From the NCBI GenBank assembly GCA_950097015.1, contig CATNEN010000003.1:8618001-8682000 (forward strand): a stretch of DNA of 64,000 nt, written 5' to 3'. This document shows, piece by piece, positions 12,901-23,500 of this stretch. The position numbers and the translations under genes are program-made. Positions within the stretch are counted from its first letter, which is position 1. The number at the start of each line of letters is the position of its first letter. The DNA comes from Macrostomum hystrix (taxonomy: Eukaryota; Animalia; Platyhelminthes). Below the pieces are notes generated by a model that made no database searches, was not told the origin of the DNA, and saw only the letters and a program-made list of their open reading frames with translations.

Positions 12901-15132
12901 GCCTGAGCTAGTTGGTGACGAGGTTATCAACTGCGACACGGTTGCCGGGTCAAGCTTGCTGCAGCCGTCAGAAGCAGCGGCGGTAGCGGCAGTCAATGGC
13001 ACTTCTAAAATCACAGCCAAACTTGCTGACAAAGCGTGCGGTGTTAAGAATGCCAATAATCCGGGCGGCAGTGACTCCTTCAATCAGATTATCTGCGTTG
13101 GCGATTATCGGTTAAGAGTTATACGCGAATTAGGCCGCGGCGGATTTGGCACCGTCAGTCTAGTTGCTAGCGAACGTGGCGACCTGTTCGCATTGAAGGA
13201 TATCAGATTTAAGATTGACGGAAATGACAGCTCCGATAATGGCACCCAGCGAGAGCTGCAGCTACTGCAACAGTTGAAGGACACTGGCAAGGTAGATTCT
13301 AGCAGGCATTTTGTTTTTAAATTACACAATTTTAAATTCCTAAACTTTTCAGCAAACAGGTTTGTGAATAATTAGAATTTTTGGGATATTTTGCTATCGT
13401 ATTTAAGGCACGGCAATGAGTTTTCGTAGAAAATATGCAATCTGTTTATGGGGATGATTCACCATGGATTTCAGGGAATAATTAAGAATCAATTTCAGAG
13501 GATTGTTATCATTCGATATCAGAGGTTAATTACTCGTACAAATCAGTTTCCACTTTAGTTATTGACTAAATGTCAATGTTTAGAGCAGGGGTAGGCAAAC
13601 TTATTTGCTGGCGGGCCAAAGGGAGAACCTAAAAGACGACAGCGGGCCGCATTGACTGTATAAATATGAGATAGGGGAGAGATGAGACACGGGAGAGATG
13701 AGACACGGGAGAGATGAGACACGGGAGAGATAAGACACGGGAGAGATAAGACACGGGAGAGATAAGAGACGGGAGAGATGAGACACGGGAGAGATAAGAC
13801 ACGGGAGAGATGAGACACGGGAGAGATGAGACAGGGGAGATTAGACACGGGAGAAATGAGACACGGGAGAGATGAGACACGGGAGAGATAAGACACGGGA
13901 GAGATGAGACACGGGAGAGATGAAACAGGACACTGTAGATGTCAGAACGGGCAACGGGCCGGATTTGGGAGCTTGGATGGCCGCATCTGGCCCGCGGGCC
14001 GGAGTTTGCCGACCCCTGGTTTAGAGGATAATTACTAATCAATTTCAGAGGATAATGTCAAATCAATTTCCGAGGATACTCGTAATTCCGTTTCTGTTTA
14101 TAAGGATAATTACTGATTAATTTTAGAGGATAGTTACTAATCTATTTCGAGGATAATTACTAATTAATTTTAGAGGATAATTACTTATCTATTTTAGATG
14201 ATACGCTCGTAATTAAGATGGTTTTTGATAATTGGCAATCAATTTCAGGGATCTTAAGAGTAGGTTCCAGAGAACAATTTAATTGGCAATCGTTTTTTGA
14301 GATAATTGGCAAACGGTTTGGAGGAAAACCGTTTCCCCAGTTTTGGTTTTTAGGAATTATATCAATTGTCTTGTGGATCATTTGCAAGGGAAATAAAGTT
14401 CTTTTCTGTTCTGCTTTAAAGATTTTTTTCTAGAATTCATCTTCTTTACCCTGCTCACTGTAATTGATTTTCTCATTCCAGGTGGTGAAGCTGATTGCTC
14501 ACGAGATTCGCAACAACAGCCTCCTGCTGCTAATGGAGAATGGAGAATGCGATTTCGCCAGTTTCCTAGAATCCGATCGCGAGCTGTCACTCAGCTGCAT
14601 TGTGTACTATTGGGAACAGATGCTGCTATGCGTAGAAGCTCTTCACTCTGTGGATTGTGTTCACATGGATTTGAAGCCAGCTAATTTTGTCATTTGCCGT
14701 GGCAAACTAAAACTAATAGATTTAGGCGCCGCGCACGTGCTGGATCAATCTGTCACCAGCGATATGCTGCAGGAGGTGCACGCCACTATTGGCTTTATGG
14801 CGCCTGAAAATATTGTCCTTAGCGACAAGGACCGACCAATATTTTCTAGGAAATCAGACACCTGGTCACTAGGCTGCATTCTGTACCTGATGCTGTGGGC
14901 TCGCACACCGTTTGCTCATCTGAAAGATTTGCCTAGCCTGGCCTATCAGTTGCATCACGGCATCGACCCAGTGCCGCTGCCTGATTGGCTGCCTAGGCAT
15001 CAGATCGATGCCTGCCTGGCCTCTGTTAAACTGCCGGCTTTGAAGGCCTGCCTAAATGCCTGCCTAGTTCGGAATAGAAAGGCCAGATTCAATGTTGGAC
15101 AATTGCTTGTTGAATTGCGTAGGAAGAGGTAA
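9968..15132 (+). CDS. Mps1/TTK-like protein kinase, divergent; 5' end unresolved
   Basis: Exons 9968-10414, 12566-13291, 14482-15132, all phase 0 GT-AG. Motifs: LGRGGFGTV, FALK, YYWEQML, HMDLKPANF, LKLIDLG, FMAPE, KSDTWSLGCILYLM..TPF, resembling Mps1 (HSDLKPANF, KSDVWSLGCILY). N-terminal acidic tract. Confidence 0.8.
10503..12530. repeat. 33/31-nt minisatellite (GATCAGTAGATGACACAGTTCCTATCTGAATGG)n filling kinase intron
   Basis: About 60 near-identical units between the donor at 10415 and the acceptor at 12565. Confidence 0.97.
13586..14018. mobile_element. hAT (Charlie-like) MITE containing an internal S16 minisatellite
   Basis: TIR CAGGGGTAGGCAAACT / AGTTTGCCGACCCCTG; TSD GTTTAGAG at 13578-13585 and 14019-14026; subterminal GGCCCGCGGGCC; S16 array at ~13665-13925. 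Confidence 0.9.
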
Positions 15133-15359
15133 AACCATGCGGGACTAGGTTTTTCTGTTCAAATGTTTTTATTGAAAAATATAAAAATCCAAAAAATACA
15201 TATTGAATTTACTGAAACTGAATATGCCCTTGCTACCGAAAATTAGGCCATAGTTAGGAAAATTAACTAATTGTCCCAATTCGATCCAATGTACATTAAG
15301 AAGTACAAGGTAACTGAAAATTTACATAGCTTCTTATATTAAATTAAATTTAAATAGAT

Positions 15360-16550
15360 ACGAAAGAGATGTGACACTCGAGAGATAAGACACGGGAGAG
15401 ATGTGACACTCGAGAGATAAGACACGGGAGAGATGTGACACTCGAGAGATAAGACACGGGAGAGATGTGACACTCGAAAGATATGAGACAAGGGATGGAT
15501 GAGACAAGGGATGGATGAGACACGGGAGAGATGAGACACTGGAGAGATGAGACACTGGAGAGATGAGACACTGGAGAGATGAGACACTGGGGAGATAAGA
15601 CACGGGAGAGATGAGACACGGGGGAGATGAGACAAGGGAGAGATAAGACACGGGAGAGATTAGAAATATGAGAGATGAGACACAGGAGAGATGAGACACG
15701 GGAGAGATAAGACACTGGGGAGATTAGAAACATGAGAGATGAGACACGGGAGAGATAAGACACGGGAGAGATAAGACGCGGGAGAGATGAGGCACGGGAG
15801 AGATGAGACACTGAAGAGATGAGACACTGGGGAGATAAGACACGGGAGAGATAAGCCACGGGAGAGATAAGACACATGAGAGATGAGACACGGGAGAGAT
15901 AAGACACTGGGGAGATGAGACACTGGAGAGATTAGAAACATGAGAGATGAGACACGGGAGAGATGAGACACTGGAGAGATGAGACACTGGGGAGATAAGA
16001 CACGGGAGAGATGAGACACGGGAGAGATGAGACAAGGGAGAGATGAGACAAGGGAGAGATGAGACAAGGGAGAGATGAGACACGGGAGAGATGAGACACG
16101 GGAGAGATGAGACACGGGAGAGATGAGACACGGGAGAGATGAGACACTGGAGAGATGAGACACTGGGGAGATAAGACACGGGAGAGATAAGACACGGGAG
16201 AGATTAGACACATGAGAGATGAGACACGGGAGAGATAAGACACTGGGGAGATGAGACACTGGAGAGATTAGAAACATGAGAGATGAGACACGGGAGAGAT
16301 GAGACACGGGAGAGATGAGACACTGGAGAGATGAGACACTGGGGAGATAAGACGGGAGAGATGAGACACGGGAGAGATGAGACACGGGAGAGATGAGACA
16401 CGGGAGAGATGAGACACGGGAGAGATGAGACAAGGGAGAGATGAGACAAGGGAGAGATGAGACAAGGGAGAGATGAGACACGGGAGAGATAAGACACGGG
16501 AGAGATGAGACACGGGAGAGATAAGACACTGGAGAGATGAGACACGGGAC
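15360..16550. repeat. S16 minisatellite (GATGAGACACGGGAGA)n
   Basis: Tandem 16-nt units downstream of the kinase gene. Confidence 0.97.
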
Positions 16551-17584
16551 AGGTTAGCCGGGAGTGATTCGACAAGAAAGAGAGCTTTGATGAGAGAAAG
16601 TGGTGGGGCTGGCTAGTAATTCAGGGTTGCTTTGTGGGCTTGATTTTGCTGAGGAGTTAGTAACTCCATAACTCCATGTTGAGGAGTTAGATTTTTAGTT
16701 AATTTATACATTTCCATCACATCTTCATTTTTTATGTATAAAAACTACTTGAAAACTCTAATCTCTTCTAAGAGTATTTTCTTTGTCAAGTGTGCATTTG
16801 TTACGAGTTTTATATATTTTTTTCAATCCGTTTTAAAATAATTGCATTTGTCGCTTATCTTTTTCAATAGCCGGTGTTCTATATAGTTGAAGACAAATAA
16901 ATATGGCCAAAGTTTGTTTTCCAAACATTTACCTAATGTGCTACTTATTAGACTACTGATAGTCCTGCTAAATTTGATAAAAAATGTCTGTCCTTATTAA
17001 GTTAATAAATAGGCTTATACTGTACCTTTTTTGCTCGCCTTGATTTTCTATTGCTCTTTTAAATTTTCCTTTTGCTTAAAATTCTGCCTGCATTGATATT
17101 TTTTATATGGTCTACTGTTGAAAGTTTGTCTATTTAAATAGTTTATTTTATTTCACAAACTAGTCTCTGCTTTGTTAGGGGGTTATAAACTGCATGCTTT
17201 AAGTGTTATAAAAGCGAATAAGAAAACACGTCATTATGCACTCCTCAGTGCAAAGTTCATATTTTCGCTGCTTTATTTAGAACCATCAATTTTATATCGT
17301 TGACGTTTCAGTGAACTTAAATTAATTTGGGATTGGTTTGTTAAAATAAAATCTAGATTAGCTGCAGTAGGCAGTAGTAGAAAGGAAAACAATAAGAAAA
17401 AAGATTTTTACGGATTCTTAACGCTGCAATTTTATCACGTAAAATTTCAGCATTCAAACCGCACATTTGTAAGCTATTTCAAAGCAAGTTGTCTAAATAA
17501 ATGCACTACTGTTTGGCTGGCGGCTTTAGTAGTAGTATTGCGGCATCTACAAATACAATAATTGTCGCCTGTCAGAGGGCGCTG

Positions 17585-20500
17585 ATGATACGTCAAAGTA
17601 AGATGAACGATTTTTTCCTTTTGTTTCAAAGCTGAATATTTTTATTTTTTTGACTCGTGAGTCAATTAATCCATCTTAAAGGGTACGAGCTAGTTTGATT
17701 GATAACTTGAGTTCACATGGATGCATTTTGATTGATTGATTTGAACTCAAGTGGAAAGATTTAAATAATTAAGCTTAAATGGTAGCATTTGATTATTCAA
17801 GCTCAATTGGTAGCTTTTGAATGATCCAGCTCAATTGGTAGCTTTTGATTGATCAAGCTCAATTGGTAGCTTTTGATTGATCAAGCTCAATTGGTAGCTT
17901 TTGAATGATCCAGCTCAATTGGTAGCTTTTGAATGATCCAGCTCAATTGGTAGCTTTTGATTGATCAAGCTCAATTGGTAGCTTTTGAATGATCCAGCTC
18001 AATTGGTAGCTTTTGAATGATCAAGCTCAATTGGTAGCTTTTGAATGATCAAGCTCAATTGGTAGCTTTTGATTGATCAAGCTCAATTGGTAGCTTTTGA
18101 ATGATCCAGCTCAATTGGTAGCTTTTGATTGATCAAGCTCAATTGGTAGCTTTTGAATGATCCAGCTCAATTGGTAGCTTTTGAATGATCCAGCTCAATT
18201 GGTAGCTTTTGATTGATCAAGCTCAATTGGTAGCTTTTGAATGATCAAGCTTAACTAGTAGCTTTTGATTGATCAAGTTCAATTAGTAGCTTTTGATTAA
18301 TCAAGCTCATTGGTAGCTTTTGATTGATCAAGCTCAATTGGTAGCTTTTGAATGATCCAGCTCAATTGGTAGCTTTTGAATGATCAAGCTCAATTGGTAG
18401 CTTTTGAATGATCAAGCTCAATTGGTAGCTTTTGATTGATCAAGCTCAATTGGTAGCTTTTGAATGATCCAGCTCAATTGGTAGCTTTTGATTGATCAAG
18501 CTCAATTGGTAGCTTTTGAATGATCCAGCTCAATTGGTAGCTTTTGAATGATCCAGCTCAATTGGTAGCTTTTGATTGATCAAGCTCAATTGGTAGCTTT
18601 TGAATGATCAAGCTTAACTAGTAGCTTTTGATTGATCAAGTTCAATTAGTAGCTTTTGATTAATCAAGCTCATTGGTAGCTTTTGATTGATCAAGCTCAA
18701 TTGGTAGCTTTTGAATGATCAAGCTCAATTGGTAGCTTTTGAATGATCAAGCTCAATTGGTAGCTTTTGAATGATCAAGCTCAATTGGTAGCTTTTGAAT
18801 GATCCAGCTCAATTGGTAGCTTTTGATTGATCAAGCTCAATTGGTAGCTTTTGATTGATCAAGCTCAATTGGTAGCTTTTGAATGATCCAGCTCAATTGG
18901 TAGCTTTTGAATGATCCAGCTCAATTGGTAGCTTTTGATTGATCAAGCTCAATTGGTAGCTTTTGAATGATCAAGCTTAACTAGTAGCTTTTGATTGATC
19001 AAGTTCAATTAGTAGCTTTTGATTAATCAAGCTCATTGGTAGCTTTTGATTGATCAAGCTCAATTAGTAGCTTTTGATTGATCAAGCTCATTGGTTAGCT
19101 TTTGATTGATCAAGCTTAATTAGTAGCTTTTGATTGATCAAGCTCATTGGTAGCTTTTGATTGATCCGTCCTTATTTTTGATTTATCAAGCTTAATTAGT
19201 AGCTCTTGGTTGATCAATTGCTCATTGGTTAGCTTTTGATTGATCAAGCTTAATTAGTAGCTCTTGGTTGATCAAGCTCATTGGTTAGCTTTTGATTGAT
19301 CAAGCTTAATTAGTAGCTTTTGGTTGATCAAGCTCATTGGTTAGCTTTTGATTGATCAAGCTTAATTAGTAGCTTTTGATTGATCAAGCTCATTGGTAGC
19401 TTTTGATTGATCAAGCTTAATTAGTAGCTTTTGGTTGATCAAGCTCATTGGTTAGCTTTTGATTGATCAAGCTTAATTAGTAGCTTTTGATTGATCAAGC
19501 TCATTGGTAGCTTTTGATTGATCCGTTCTTATTTTTGATTTATCAAGCTTAATTAGTAGCTCTTGGTTGATCAAGCTCATTGGTTAGCTTTTGATTGATC
19601 AAGCTTAATTAGTAGCTCTTGGTTGATCAAGCTCATTGGTTAGCTTTTGATTGATCAAGCTTAATTAGTAGCTCTTGGTTGATCAAGCTCATTGGTTAGC
19701 TTTTGATTGATCAAGTTTAAAGAATTGTCTTTAATTGATTAAATTTAAAAAGCAATTTTAGTTTCCATGATGACCTTAAGCGGTAATTCATATTGACTGT
19801 ACTTAACGATTAATGCCTTGTTATAAAGTACAAACGATACACATAGTCAATCCAATAAGCTAAAATTGTAGCCCTAGTGATGAAAAGTACGAATTGATTG
19901 ATAAATTGATTGATTTCTAATTCTGACAGTGTCCAACTATCGGTCTCACAATCGTGGAGGCTACCGCGGCGGCAGAGGCAGCGGTAGAGGCGGTCGAGGC
20001 AGCAACAGAAACACGAACTGCGACAATTACGCAAGCGCGCAGCAATGGGACAATGGTCAACGGCAGCAATATCGATTAGCACCGCACCCCTGCCATCTGA
20101 GAGGTAGGGCTGTTGGTATGCACTACGCAAAGTTTAGTCGTCAGAGACAGCGAGCGAGGGAAGCAGTGCAGGCGCCCGAGTTGCTGCAGTTGGCCGACTC
20201 AACCATGCTGCGCCTGCAACAGTTGCTAGACGTTGCCATGGACGCATCCGATTCAAATTTTCCAATTGCCGAACGCCCCGATAGCGACTCATCGACGACT
20301 CGTCGAAGCAGAGATTTGTCTTTGAAGCGAGACGCTCAGCTTGATGCCGAATTATTGGCCGACTTTCTTAGCAGACAGTCGGCGATAATGCCTGACAGGA
20401 AACTATTGCCAGTGTGGCTGGCCAAGCAGCGACTGCTGGCAGCCGTTGAACAATGTCAACAGGTTGGACGCTTGTTTACTGCTTCTGCGGTTTGAATTAT

Positions 20501-23500
20501 TCGATTTCATTTCATTATGTTCTACTATAAGTAGAGCGTAAAAAACATGAGCATCAGAACTTTTAACTTTGTGGTATTTTGTTGCAGCTCAGTAGATTCC
20601 TAGAGGTCCTGAGTTCGAATCTCAGTCTAGATGAACAAATTTGTGTTCTTTAGGCATTTGCGCTTCCGTCGCTTCAGTTTAACCATAGATGTATAAAGGG
20701 TTAAAAATCTATTGGGTGTTGCATACCCAGTCCATGGACTGCCTGACGACGAGAAAGTCAGGGCAGATGTACACACATGTGTCAGCCAACAGATAATGCG
20801 TACAGTATCTGTGTGCGTGTGTGGTCAGGTGTCAACGAAGCGGCAGAGTTATTTATAATATATTGTTATCTATGAGCATTTTGGTTTTAAAACGGCCCAA
20901 ACAAGGTCCACCACAAAAAACTGCTCATTTCACACCAGGTGCTGGTGCTGTCCGGTCCAACTGGCTGCGGCAAGTCCACCCAGATGCCGCAGCTGCTGCT
21001 GGATTCCGCCATCGCCGCCGGCGCAGGCTCCCTAGCCCGCATCGTTGTGACGCAGCCAAGGCGGTTGGCAGCTACTGCGCTAGCCGAACGAGTTGCTGAG
21101 GAACGCGGCGAACCGCTGGGACACTCCGTGGGATATCAGGTTTGTGTGAATGTTTGAATCCTCTGCATGTGTAGAAATCCTAATCCTGAATTACGAGTAA
21201 CAATAGCTCGTTCTAGATCATCAGATCTAGAACATCGAAACGCTTTAAAAAAATTTGGAAACGCTACCGAACCATTTTGCCGCCCGTTTTTGTACAAATG
21301 GGGTAAACCCCCAGACAATTATTTTTGCTGCACCCGAACAGAGCAGTGCAAGCAAACAAAACTCAGGAACGCGGGCCAACTTTTTGTTACGCATCTTCTG
21401 AAACAAGAATCAAGTTGCCAAACTATCAGACCGTCGAGATATTCAACAATTCTGGCCCAAAGTCTGATTTCTCCCATATGATCTAGTGTATTTCATACAC
21501 CCCTATGCACAAATTTTCACTGCGCCTCAGTTTCACAGCACTGCAACTTTGGTGGTAGCGAAGGTGTTCAATGGCAGAGCGGTTAATGCGTTAGCCTCTC
21601 GCACCACGGTCCTTAAGTTCGATTCCACGGCGAGGCCACATTTATTTGGGGCGCAGCCGCGGAGAGAAGGCTTGGGGCCATGTTGTGCAATTTACGTCCT
21701 TGAGGGCCAACCTCCAAGGCACAGTGAGATTGTATCCTACCTGAGGACGAGAAAGTCAGGGCAGATGTACATATCGTCAGCGAAATGGTAGATTATGGTA
21801 CGTAGTAGGTACGAAATGGTAGGTACAGGTAGATTCATATCTATTCATATTTCATATTTTATAATAATACATAATACGTATTAGTATTGTATAAAAATAG
21901 AAGCATTTTACTTTAGAAGGTGTTATTCGCCATAGTTTCCCAGATCCCACAATTCCGCATTCCAAATCGCCAATCCCACCGCCGCAGGTGAGACTGGACC
22001 GCGTGCTGCCCAATCGTCAAGCCGGTTCCATTGTCTACTGCACAGTTGGGGTCCTTCTCCGCTGGCTTGAAAGCGATCCAACACTGGCCACTGTTAGCCA
22101 TCTGGTTGTTGACGAGGTGAGTCGCTAGCTAATTACAATACCAAACTGTACTAAAGAGCTGTTTAATTTCTATTCCTCACTCGCGCTTGCAACAGGTTCA
22201 CGAGCGCAGCGCCGATACAGACCTACTCCTAGCCGAACTGAAGCGAACCATTCTACCTAGTCGACCAGATCTCAAACTGCTACTTATGTCGGCCACAATG
22301 GACGCCGAACAATTGTGCAATTATTTCGGGCCCAATAGTTGCAGAGTATCTGTTGAAGGCCGCCTGTTCCCTGTTCGGGTGAACTCGCTGGAAGATTGTC
22401 TCCGTTTGCTGCTGTCAGACAACAACCTACCCGCATTTGATGTGACTTCGATTAGTAAGAAAAATCGACAATCCATGCATAATCGACTTCGATCTGATCT
22501 GGTTGGCGGGCGAGACGCAAAGTCAAGACTGGCCCAGCGGGAGCGCGACCAGCGTTCGTCAGCCAATAAGGCGGCTAGGCAGCACGGCCTAACTCCTGAG
22601 GCTGCCAACCTGCTGGCTGCTATTGGCTGCGAGGAACCCCCAATTGAACTGGTGGCGCATTTCATTGGTTGGCTGCATCGGACACAGCCGCCCGGCTCTG
22701 TTCTGGTATTTGTGCCCGGAATGCGACAGATAAAAGATTTGATGACACTATTGGTGAGTACGAGATTTTTGCGGGATACTGTCAGTAGGGTGTATAGAAC
22801 TCGTAGTAAAACATCTTTAATAGCTAGTGACCCTTTAAAGGGCCGTTTTTTCATTTTTGGTTTGTCAATACTGTCAATAGCGTGCTTAGAAAATTGGTGA
22901 TTAAAGCAGACAGTTATGGACCTAAAAAGGGCCGTTTTAGCCTTTTTTCTACTGCTTTGCGTACTCCTGCTTATTATCAATGAAATAATAAACTAAAGAA
23001 CATTTTGATCTGTGCTGTAAATAATTTACTTAGAGTTAATGGTTGCTATTAAGTAAATCCTATAAAGTGATAGGATTAAAATAATCTAAGCGAACAATTT
23101 ATTCTCTTGTTTAAAGAGCTCCGACCCAGCCTGCTCAACCAGTTGCCACCTTCTACCGCTGCACAGTCGACTGCCCAGCTCTGCTCAGCGCCTCGTATTC
23201 CTACCGCCGCCGATTGGCAAACGAAAAATTGTCTTAGCAACTAACATTGCGGAGACTTCGATTACAATAGACGACGTTGTGTACGTGATTGACACGGGTT
23301 TCGCTAAGCTATCCGGCTATCATCATCTGGCCATGTCTGATAGTCTGGCCGCCAGCTCCATTAGCAGGGACAATGCGCGTCAACGCGAAGGTCGAGCAGG
23401 TCGGGTGCAAGCTGGATTCTGCTATCGACTATACTCCCGATTCGCTGAGTCTAGAATGCCCGATCGACTGCCGCCGGAAGTACTGCGGCTCAGATTGGAG

